64,000 bases of DNA from NCBI GenBank assembly GCA_043228905.1, contig JBHGNT010000004.1:4154001-4218000 (forward strand), in the 5' to 3' direction. This DNA comes from Azolla caroliniana (taxonomy: Eukaryota; Plantae; Polypodiophyta). Positions 1 through 11,258 of the stretch are shown piece after piece. Position 1 is the stretch's first letter, and each line of letters begins with the position of its first letter. The notes beneath the pieces were generated by a model. That model worked only from the letters and a program-made list of their open reading frames with translations, was not told the DNA's origin and did no database searches. The translations under genes and the position numbers were made by a program.

Positions 1-440
1 CATGCACACATGTGCCCACCCTTCTTGGTGGAGATTTGAGTATGACTCTTAAATTATCATATCCCTCTAACAAGTTATCATCCTTATGGTGAATTACCTT
101 ATATGTTGGGCATGTGAGAAGTGATATCCATCCACCACTAGCTTTTCATTGCATACCTTGCATATCTTCTTACTTTGGTGATGATGCCATGATGCAACGC
201 GCTCAAAGAAGTGTTAAAGGATTTTCAGGAGCAAGGCTCATGGGAGTAGTAAGATGTGGTTGCATACATTCTATAACTTTTACCTTGTATTTGGGCCAAC
301 GTTGGGGGTTAACATTTGCAATGTAAAATTCCAATTTTGACATTTTAGCATCTTGTCACTTCATCCTTAATGCATGTAGTAATCTATCCTTAATGATCGC
401 ATAGTTCATAGCATCGCCTGAGAGCTCCAATCTATACTCC

Positions 441-1035
441 TTGGATCAGTTCCATTATGGGCTACAATGATCTGAAGAATTCACTTTCCAAGAAAATCCA
501 AATCATTGATGGAGGTTATTAGTCGAGCAATATGATGTATGAATTCCAAGCAAGCTTTGGGGATATAGATAGTGTTAGAACACTCAACAAGATAAAGTTT
601 GAGATGTTGCCTCGACTTGGCTTATGCAACATATTTTCACCTCCTTGCATATGACATTTCCTTTTGGTGAAGAGGCATTAGTGAATCAATTTCACTATGG
701 GCTAAACAATGATCTAAATAATTTATTCTCTCACTTTCCAAGAAACTCCAAAATCATTGACGAGGGCTATTAGTCGAGCAATACAATGTACGAATTCCAA
801 GCAAACTTTGGGGATATGGATAGTCTTAGAACGATAGTCAACAAGATTCAAAGATTGTAAAAAGGAGATTGCCCCAATTCAGTTTATGCAACATATTTTC
901 GCCTCCTTACATTTGGCATTCCTTGGTATGAAGAGACATTAGTGGATCAGTTCCTTTATGGGCTACACAATGATATGAAGAATACTTTTCCTCACTTCCC
1001 AAGAAAATCCAAAATCCTTGACGAGGGCTATTAGT
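441..1035 (+). mobile_element. Degenerate Ty3/gypsy gag (Retrotrans_gag) fragment, present as about 2.3 tandem copies of a ~240-260 bp unit
   Basis: Unit starts recur at ~441 (tggatcagttcc), ~681 (gtgaatcaatttc) and ~942 (gtggatcagttcc). Broken translation gives EFQANFGDMDSLRTIVNKIQRL...AT.F.LL...IPW.EE.LVDQF.YGL.ND...PKSL.EAISRAI.C, typical of Tf2/Tcn1-like gag. Confidence 0.7.
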
Positions 1036-1238
1036 ATTATAGAAGGTATGTACATGGATGTGATAACTTAGAAAATGTATGTACATAGAATGTTTAAAAT
1101 TGTAGTATGTTGCTTTGTGCAATAAAGAAAAAGTAAGTTGCTAAAGTTGGAATGCCATGTGAAATCATGCAACCACACAATACAAGTACATTAAGTTTCT
1201 TCACTAATAGATTGAGATACCTTTAATCCCAACTTTTG

Positions 1239-1239
<1 letters not shown>

Positions 1240-1276
<37 letters not shown>
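1240..1276. repeat. (CT)n microsatellite at the 5' junction of LINE-A
   Basis: Pure ct run directly abutting LINE RT sequence. Confidence 0.95.
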
Positions 1277-1280
<4 letters not shown>

Positions 1281-3138
1281 GTCTCTATATAGATGAGGTA
1301 TCACATTACATTGAGAGATTCAAGGGTTCCGGAGCACGCCTAGCAGGTATAGCTATACAAATATTACTATATGCTGATGACATTGTGCTGATTTCTGACT
1401 CTCCTGAGGGACTACAAAGACATCTAAATGCCTGAAAACTATTTTGTACGGACAAAGGTTTGTCAACAACATGGACAAAACTAAAGTGATGGTGTTTAAC
1501 ACCACTCAAGCATGGGTAACAAGATCAGAACCAGAATTCTTCTTGGGAGAGGAAAAGGTAGAATACACACGCTCCTACACATACCTAGGAGTAACATTTA
1601 CAGGACCTAGGTTCTCCTTACAGGAAGCTGCTTGTGCCCAACTTTCTCGTGGATATGCAGCCCTTGGTGCTCTCGAGAGACAATGTGCACATCTGCAGTT
1701 CCAAGAGCCACGGACTAAGCTATGGTTATTTGATACACTTGTCACACCAACTCTTCTCTATGGAATAGAAACATGGGGACCGAGTCTTAACAAGGCAAAT
1801 CATTGGAAAGATTTAGAGAGACCTTTAGTGTCAATGATTGCTTGCATGATAAGGAGCAAAGCATTGGTGCCCCACGATATAATCCGGGCAGAGATGGGAG
1901 CAGCACCTATAATAACCGAGGCATTGTTCTGATCAGTGACATTTATCCAATGTCTTTGGGAGCTACCTAAACGAAGGTACCCAAGGTTGGCACTTATGTC
2001 ATCAAGACAACTGGCTGAAAATGGAGACACTCATCGTTGGTATGCTGAAATGCAGCAATGGTTTGAGTCACATGGCATGAGTATAAATGCACTACCGCCG
2101 TTCCAATATAGCTTGGATTGTCCCCACCTAAATATGACCAAAGTGGAAAAGAATAGAGTGATCCAAACTGATATTATTAACTTGGAAAACAAGATAACAT
2201 GGATCAGCCCCAAAATACCACTTGGTACAAAGATGGCCCACTATAAGACGCACTTCTTACATACATCGGAGGATGGATTTGTCATCAGGCCACCTTATAT
2301 GGACATACATCTATCCTATGTGCTGTGTGGTGTGATAGGGCAGCTAAGAACTTCATCACATCAACTACAGATTGAGGTAGGCAGATATACACGACTACCT
2401 CTAGAAGAGAGAATTTGCCAATTGTGTCATCAAGGAGTGGAATCTGAGGAACAGTATGTTTGTCATTGTAGTGTCTTTTATGAAATCAGAGGGAGATACC
2501 ATTGCCTTTTTAAACAAGGCTTTGGTCCACTACGCAAGGTAATGGAATATGAGGACCAACGATGCCTAGGACTTTTCTTGCTAGAGCTCAAGAGACATCG
2601 GGAAAAGTTGTTGAAGAATACAGCCACACAAGCTCATCCACAAAGAACAATCACAACTTTCTTTAGCCCCATCACTCCTACTAATCCTACTAGTCCATCA
2701 CGGGATACACAAATGGGCTCCAGACCAGGGCATAACAAAGGGGTTGCAATTGATCGGGCAATAGCAATTTGCCGTGCACGTAGGCCCCGCCCCCATGGAC
2801 CACGCCTTCGACACCCTTGTCATCGACAGATAAAAGCCATTATCTCCCGCCATCGTAGATGCTTCCCTCGCTTCGGAGACATTTCCATTCTGGATCGACC
2901 TATGCTAGAGATCTTTAGAAGACAAAAGCTACAATATACCTAACTTGAGAATCTCACATGTGCCAAAAACCAGATTCCCTCGTTTATTCTCTTTCATCTT
3001 ATTTACTTTTATATTTACTGTGTAGTATTTATTTTATTTTGATTTGTTCTCAAAGAAGAGACAACACTCAAGATGTAATCTCTTATTTGGTCTTATAGGC
3101 CATTTTGGCCTCTTAAAAGACGTTAATATATCTTTCTT

Positions 3139-3143
<5 letters not shown>
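1277..3143 (+). mobile_element. 5'-truncated non-LTR retrotransposon (LINE-A, RTE-X-like); RT C-half plus C-terminal CCHC-type region, 3' UTR and (TTTC)n tail
   Basis: Reads LFGLYIDE...QILLYADDIVLISDSPEGLQRHLNA*, then NMDKTKVMVF, YTYLGVTF (ORF 1444-1932), and LRTSSHQLQIEVGRY...RICQLC...ESEEQYVCHC (ORF 1936-2943). It has a few stops and a frameshift and ends in ttaatata(tctt)n running into (TC)n. Clade assignment rests on the C-terminal motif from memory. Confidence 0.9.

Positions 3144-3183
<40 letters not shown>
3143..3183. repeat. (TC)n microsatellite at the 3' end of LINE-A
   Basis: Direct reading. Confidence 0.95.
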
Positions 3184-3190
<7 letters not shown>

Positions 3191-3329
3191 GTATGTTGTC
3201 ACTACCATCTATTGCCGCTACCTATCTCTTTCATACATAGCTTGATTTCTTCTCCAACTTGCATGTTCCATTCATCACACACTCAATCTATCAAGCTCTA
3301 GTCTTCAACAATCAATCAAGTGGTATGAT

Positions 3330-4490
3330 GTGATAACCGACTATTTGAGCAACGTTTTGAACATCAACAAATATGATGTTCTGAAAAAACATACCTTGTC
3401 TTGCATCTATCACAATTATAGATGTCTTCCTACTACATTTGGAGAATTAATTGAAGTGATGAAGTTAGTTTGTGTGATTTCATTCAATATAATCCACATT
3501 CTAGAGCATCCGATTGCCTTTAGTCTATCTTAGTTCGAGCTTCACAATCTACAGCTTTGATTGGAGAAAATGAGCAATCATGGATCCTAGAAAAACACAC
3601 ATTTGACTTGTTCTGAACTCAAGTTCATTGTATCATTGAATGTCAACTATCTTTGTACAAAGGTTGTGCAAAGAGGAACAAAAAGACATAATGTTTGGAT
3701 ATGTGGTGGTAACAATGCTATTCCCCCACTCCACATAAGCCAAAACCTTACTTCCAATCAAGTATTAAGATTTTACAAATGTCTTCAATAAGGAGAAGGT
3801 CGGTAAGGTCGTGCAACATTGACCTTGGTTTTGCCCTATCATTCTTCAACCAGGGAACCAATTTATAACCTATCTCCATCAAAGCTCAATGCTTCTTCGA
3901 GAATATATTGATGAGAATTTGGCAAGTGGATTCATTTGGCATTCAAGTTCTCCTATTGGTGCACCAATCTTCTTTGTTCTGAAGAAAGATGGGCCACTTT
4001 GTTTGGTCATGGATTATCTAGGTTTAAACAAAGTCACGGTTCGAAACAAGTAGGCTTTACTTCTGATTTTAAGTCTTCTGTAGCATCTTTGTAGAGCCAA
4101 ATGCTTCACAAAGCTAGATCTTCAGGGTGTTTATAATCTTGTTTGGATTCGTCCAAGCAATGAGTGGAAGAACGTGTTTTGTACTCCCTATGGAAATTTA
4201 GCATAAAGTTATTCCTTTCGGTTTCACAATTTTGGAATATTCACTATTTTCTATTTGAATGACATTATGATATTTTTAAAACTTAAGAGGAGCATGATGT
4301 GCATGCTCGATAGGTTCTATGATGATTGCCAGAATATGTATGCCAAACTTGAGAAGTGTAGTTTTGATCACAATCAAGTGGAATTCTTGGGGTATATAGA
4401 CTCACCAGAAGGTATCTCTATAGGTATCTCTATACTAGATTGGCAAACACCATGATCCATGTGTGATGTTAAATGCTTCTTGGAATCCAA
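3330..4490 (+). mobile_element. Degraded Ty3/gypsy pol (protease-RT) remnant, Tf2/Tcn1-chromovirus-like
   Basis: Broken translations: ISFNIIH.LEHPIA..LS*FELHN...DWRK (post-protease), PIYNLSP...[100 protein letters not shown]...ILDWQTP. Confidence 0.85.
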
Positions 4491-4717
4491 AAACCCAAAT
4501 TGAACCCTATTCATACATGGGCCCTGAATATGATCGGTGATCATTGTTTTTGTCTTTCGAACTGTGAATCCCAAAGTGCCAAATAGTTGTGTAGTATACA
4601 AGTCCAAAAGTGATATGAGAATAAAGAGTTGTAAAGTTTTTATGAAACATAAAAATGTTAAGGCTTTCTTCCTTTTCTAGTTTGTTTCTTATGTGTTCTT
4701 TTCTATGGATATTGCAG

Positions 4718-7700
4718 TATAGTTTCACATGCAGAGGAAATTGCATTCAATGATCCTCCGGGTGGTGACACTGAACGTGTAATTCTAAATGATCATTTGC
4801 ACAAGCTAATGCGTCATTCTTTTCTTTCAGCAATTCAAAGGTTTCTTCAGCAGGTACCTTCTAGACTCTATAATCTCATCATTTGCATGTTTCCTAGCTC
4901 TTTCTATAACATCAGTTTCTGGAATCTATAACTTTTACCAATTAATTCATATTTCGCATTTTCATTACGTATATGTGTGCTTGGTCATATGTGTGAATTG
5001 CAAAAGCTCATTCAATATGTGAAGATGTTTCAAAAGCAAGGATTCCTTGGGAAAGAAAGTAGACATTTGATGAAATTTTGACATTATGAAAGCATTGCAT
5101 AGTATATGGTTAACAGTGACCAGAAGATGTAGAGAAAGATTATTTATATAATCTGTGTCAATTCCATAAGCATATAAACCTTAGATTCTATTACAAACTT
5201 CTGAGGAGAAGGTTCCACTGTCCAATACTTTTTTCCCATGACATATTGTGGGGTCGTAATCTGCCTCTTACAATTTGAATGACAGCATTGTGCATGTATC
5301 AGCTTTGACGTTCTTTCTCTCTCATAGTGTAGTTTTGTTTCCTTCATTTACCAATGTCTGTGACTGTTAGAAAGCAAAGGCAAACTAGCTTTAAGTGCAT
5401 TGCAATGCTAAAGTTAGGCAAATTTTACTATTTAAAATTTACCTGGTCTTCATCTACTGACATTTTTTTTTCAGGTGGCAGATGGTTACCTTGTCAAATA
5501 TACTGCTTCTATTGTAGGACTCAGTGTATTTGCAGCACCATTCTATTTCAGTAATGAGGTATGAATGGCTTCTTTTCAGGTTATTATATGTTTACTTTCT
5601 CATAGTTTTCTCTTATAAGCATATCTGCATTGATCTATACAGAGAGACAATCTATTATCAACTGGAGAATATATACGTGCGATGCGTTTAATGATGGTAA
5701 TGTTTTGGTTGACACATGAGGGGGAAATTTTGAATATGGAGAATATTTTGTTAATTATCCAGTAATTACATATTTTCAAACTCCAGAATACATCAAAAGC
5801 TATTGGTCAGCTTGTCTTAATCTACAAAAGAGTAACTTCACTAGCTGCATTCACATCCCGCGTTTCAGAAATTTTGGAGTCTGTAAGTTTAAGTTCTAGC
5901 ATTATAATTTATATGCATCCTGTCCGTATTTTCCTTTTAATATGAGAGGCTAAATTGCTGTAGGAATTTTAATTGCAGTTCATCTTCATCTTGTGCTTGT
6001 GTAGGTTAAGAAACTTAGCATAGGACCCAAAATGAACGCAAGGTACCCAGTAAAGCGTCCGCTCCTAAGCTCAACCAAGCATTACTTCACACATACACCA
6101 CCCATGATTATTGATAGTGATATTATAGCGTATGTATTTTTTGGTCTTAATATGTATGAATCTGCATTTTCTAATCAATCCATGGAGTTAATTCATGTAT
6201 GAATTGCAGGTTTGAAAATGTAACAGTATATACACCAGATGGAATGCTGTTGGTACGAGAACTTAGCTTTGAGGTTGTTCCTGGTCATTCAGTCATCATC
6301 ATGGGGCCTAATGGAAGGTGATGGAGTTTCCAAACTCATTTATTTCTAGTATTTGATCAAGTGAATGAGGAGATCTCAATTCTTGTAATGCCACATGGAC
6401 CGCTTGTTCAAAAATTACCTCCTAGCCTTGGAGGACTTTTGTTGTACACTACAGCAATGCTTTACACACATATAGTCTAACTCTGTCAACCTTCTGCTTT
6501 TTTCGGATTATATAACATGTGAGACAAATGTTTAGGGATATGTTTTCCAATCATTTCAATCGGATTTAAGACAATCTTAGTCAATGGATGTATTGCCTTT
6601 TTCTTGTGCTGTAGTGGTAAATCATCCTTGTTTCGAGTTCTAGCTGAACTATGGCCTTTACAAAGTGGGATCATACAAAGACCACCACGCCAGAACATAT
6701 TTTATCTTTCTCAGGTTTGTGGGCGTCGTTAAGAGGAATGAGCATTGACAGCTTATTTTCAAGTCTGATGTTATCGTGCTACAGAAACCTTACGTCATAC
6801 AAGGTACGTTGAGAGATCAAGTTCGTTATCCAGCAGTTCCAGCAAGGTTATCCACAGACAACCAGATTAGCTTAGATTCCACCCTTCACAGTAGCACATC
6901 AAATGATGAACAAGTTATGGAGGCGCTTCATGCTACCGATCTGGGATATTTAGCTCATCGTGGTGATGGTCTTGATCAAATCCAGGTCAAACGTCCAACT
7001 CCCGTTTTTTTGCAATATTATAAGTTACCCTACTGTGCAAATCTATCTTATTATTGATGTTGTGATATGATATAAGGCAGAACTGGGAGGAGACTTTATC
7101 AGGTGGGGAGAAACAGCGCTTGGCAGTATCTCGGTTGTTATACAATAATCCCAGGTTGTCCTCTGCTTTATATCATTTGGAAATAATGTTTACATTTGCA
7201 AATCTGAGTCGAAGAGGATTTATGATTTCCGTGAAGATTTGCTATATTGGACGAGTGCACATCAGCTGTTAACGCAGATGGGGAGGAAAAACTGTATAAA
7301 CAGCTTTACATGCGTGGCATTACGATGCTTTCAATAGCACATCGACCAGCTTTGAAAAGGTAACTAGAAGTATCCTAGTAACAGAAGTATATGTTTTGTG
7401 ACCTAATACTGGAGTTTATTGATATATGTACAAGTGAAAAGCTTGATAAATACTAGAAAAGTGGGAATTCATTTATGTATCTGTAATTCTGTTAATGAGC
7501 GAAATGCTGTGGTGTAATGAAGATATTGAGAATGGCAAGATGCTACTTGATTCAACATTTCAATTAATCTACTAAATCTAAAAACAAATCCCAATTTCTT
7601 TTGAGATATACATCAGTATATGATACTGGGCCATTTGCATAACCACCTCAATCACTGAAGAAGCTAAACTAATAGGAGAATGTGGACCTATGCTCAAGAA

Positions 7701-8428
7701 TCAGAGTTTATGAATAATAAATCTTCTCTTCCTCTCTGTAGAATTGCATTGCAGAAGCTGTCTTAAATTGTTTCACCTATCCCTGTTGTACTATTATTCC
7801 TTTGGAAACCCTTTGTGCAGCTGAAACTTATTATTCCCCCTAACTTTGTCTATCCTCCCATCTCTATCACCTTTTAAAGAATCCAATCTCTGTTATTAGT
7901 GTGAGTAAGTATCAGCATAAAATATTGATTTTATCTCTTCATTGGGATTCCATGTTTCCAGCATGATTTTCCTCCTGCATATCTTAGCTGCTCATGCTGA
8001 CATAATTTTAAGTATTTTTATCATCACATTGTCCGTCTACACTCTGCCCACTGCCCACTTTAAACTGCGTTGCTGAAGTCTTGTGTTGAATATACATTTT
8101 GTGCAAGGTTCATTTATCTATGTTGTATATTCTCATGCTTTACCTTCTGCAGAGTTTTTCTTTTGCCTTTCCAATGTACTACAAAAGAATTGTAATTGAT
8201 TAATGTTCTTCTATATTTTCTGTCTATTAAATCTATCGTGGTTGTGCAATGACATTTCCATTCTTTATTTATAAAAGAATTTCACTTAAGATATTACTCG
8301 CTTAATACAATTTCAAGTGAAAATACTTTGCAATCTTCAGGTATCACAAGGTGGTCTTACATGTTGGTGATGGGCAATCAAGTGGCGCATGGAGACTTGA
8401 AAAGCTGGAACATGGAGATGCATTATAA
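4718..8428 (+). CDS. ABC transporter subfamily D (peroxisomal ALDP/PMP70-like), 3' part; 5' exons lie upstream of the window
   Basis: GT-AG exons 4718-4853, 5475-5558, 5643-5696, 5787-5882, 6005-6129, 6210-6317, 6615-6714, 6785-6985, 7081-7154, 7237-7359 and 8341-8428 join in frame. They give the EAA motif SHAEEIAF, Walker [24 protein letters not shown], signature LSGGEKQRL, Walker [13 protein letters not shown]-loop SIAHRP and a TAA stop at 8426-8428. Confidence 0.93.
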
Positions 8429-8657
8429 GTACAATCTTCTTGACATAACATCTATCAAACAAATAGAAATTCCGATCTTGTTTTTAAGAGACTTGTATAG
8501 TGGTTATACTGATTAATGTACACAACTTTCATTCTTTACTTGAAGGAAAAATGTACAAGAAGCAACACTTCTAAATGTATAGATTGATTTTCACACCCAA
8601 GTCAATATTGATCACAAGGACATACATATACATCAAATAAAAAATGTTGATGTAAAC

Positions 8658-8903
8658 TGTCTATAAGAATTTTATAAAGCAAAAGCTCATGTAAAAAAAC
8701 ATGATGCTACATTACTCTACATCCAATATGGATGTTTCAGGGGTACGTTCTAGATGTAGACCATTTTTCAATTGTCTATAATAATTTTATAAAGCAAAAG
8801 CTCATGTAAAACATGATGCTACATGGAAGACACCTCTACATTACTCTATATCCAATATGGATGTTTCAGGTTTATGTTCTAGATGTAGACCGTTTTTCAA
8901 TTG
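8658..8903. repeat. Tandem duplication of ~115-130 bp downstream of the ABCD stop
   Basis: tgtctataa...aaagcaaaagctcatgtaaa...ccaatatggatgtttcagg...ctagatgtagacc.tttttcaattg occurs twice back to back. Confidence 0.85.
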
Positions 8904-10488
8904 TTCATGGTTACCTTGATGCTGTAATTAAGAAAATAAGTTAGTATCTTTTTACATGTCACAGTATTCATAGTTATAATCTACAATTTGGATCATGATT
9001 TGGATTTTTTTACAATTTCATTTGTCAACTTTTAAATTGGTTTGGCTACTTCGCAAATTGATGCCAAAAACAGAATCCATACATTTTCTGTGTTTTTTTG
9101 TGTGCTACTTTTGCAAATCAAGATTCATTTGCACTGATGTCCTTTAAAATGTCCATTGTATGCCGTATGGGCTGTTTTGGGGTTGATGTGAATCTCATTT
9201 AGAGGGGTACCATGAGAAGCCTTTGGTGTAGCATGGAAAAAATGTTCTCAGTGCTTCTATTATAATCATGAATGGTAACAAGATCTTCAAGCAACCAGTT
9301 TGTTTTCTACTATGCAAAGGGTTTCCTTTTTTATACCATTTATTATGGTTTGACCACTTTTTCTTTAGATGCACCTTTCTTTGTTGACAAAACTATAGAA
9401 GTGCCATTATAAAAAAGGTTGAGACCAATTATTCGTGTGATAGTATCCCCAAGAGGATTGATGAGAGATTATGGATGTTGTGAACATTCAATTTGTCTAG
9501 TTTGAAAGAAATTTTTGAAAATGTTGTTGAACTTGATAAGATGCCACATATAGGATTATGTGAAAAATGTTGTAGAACATGGTAAGATGTTAGGAACACA
9601 AGGATCTTAAGAAAATATACAAATAGATCTAGAAGTTTATGGAATGTTCTGGAACATTGACCATGATTGAGATGTCATAAACAAAAAACTTTAGACTTGT
9701 CTATGGGATATGTGGAAAGATCTAGAAAAGTGTCTATAATATTCTAGAATATTAGTGACTTGTACACCTTCTTGTACACCTTCTGGAAACAATATATAGT
9801 ATAGCATGGCAATTCATTGGGAGTACATGATAAAGATATGTATATGTATAAGAAACATTTATGTCATGCGTATTTTATCTTTTTAATGCTCTAACTTCTT
9901 TTTGACAGCTTTTTATGTATCTTCATGTTACAACCTTACCTCGACCGTCAAGAGCATTTCGAATAAAACCTTCTAATGGTAAACATTTTCAAACTTTCAG
10001 CCCTAAATGAAGTAGGATGTGATTGTATAGTTAGAAACAACTATGTATATGATGCAATCTTAGAATTTCCATCTATCAATGTCTTAGCATATATATGATG
10101 CAAAAATCACTTTACTCTCTTCTTTTCAACAATTGAGGAACGCGATTTCTCACATAAAGAGACACCCACATTTTCGTAGAATAGTAAAACTTTATATGTA
10201 TTCAAATAACATAGCAACCACAAATGAGAGGATTTCAATTTTAATGCAGATTTGAAACTCCTGACAAATCCAACAAACAGTGATTCTATTTATGAAGATA
10301 ACCAAGTTTTTTTTCTTTCCTTCCTTTTTACAATGAAAAGCATCATCATCATCAAGAGTCAACTAAAGAAAGATAAGTAGAAGTCTTAGCATCTGTCCTT
10401 CACACGCTAAAAGAACATGACAATAGAAAGATAAAAGAAGAAGGATAAGAAAGAGAGACATTAATGCTACACGTGTCATTGTTGCCAT

Positions 10489-11258
10489 CATAGATTGAAA
10501 TATTCGCATTCGTGGGGCCTACCCCACGAATCCATACGAATAGGACTACGAATACATATAAATATATTCGTTTTCTCTTTTTTTTTGAATTTTTTAAATA
10601 AAAAAATAAAAAACAGTTTTTCTTCGTCTGAGCGAGGAAGCCTCAACCTACTCCCTATCCACCCTCGCTTTCCTCTGCATCTTGTTCTCGGCTAGAAAAT
10701 TAGGGTTTCGGTTGAAAACCCTAATTTCTGTCATAAACCTAATTTAGACAGTAGTACTTTCTTTTGAGCCCGCGTCCTCAACTCCCTCTCATGCTCTATT
10801 TTAATCCTACATCCTGTTCTCACTGAAACCCTACGTCCTCAACTCAGGCTCTCAATGAAACCCTAAGTTTAGTAGAAGCCCTAATTAATTGATTATTAAT
10901 TAATTAACTTAATAACTCATATTTTTGAATGAATTAAGATATGTATTAGTAAATTAATTAATGTATTAGTGAATCAATTAATGTATTATTGAATCAATTA
11001 ATGCATTAGTAAATTAATGTATTAGTGAACTAATTAATTATTATATTAGTCAGTTAATTAATTATTGATGTATTTGTGTATATACATATATGAGTGATAT
11101 GTGTGTATACACATATATGTATATATCATATATGTATGTATATATGTATACATCTAAACGAATGGTTTTATAATATTCTTGGGGTCGTTTTATATTCTCG
11201 AATATAGCGAATATTGCGGATGTAGAATACCACGAATATTACGCAGGATCAATCTATG
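10489..11258. mobile_element. Non-autonomous hAT-type DNA transposon / MITE (family 1, copy a)
   Basis: TIRs catagattga...tcaatctatg; perfect 8-bp TSD gttgccat at 10481-10488 and 11259-11266; subterminal cgaata repeats; no ORF. Confidence 0.88.

Noticed and set aside
9470-9960. Possible solo LTR with tctagaa-rich repeats
   Set aside because: Neither the ends nor a TSD could be defined.
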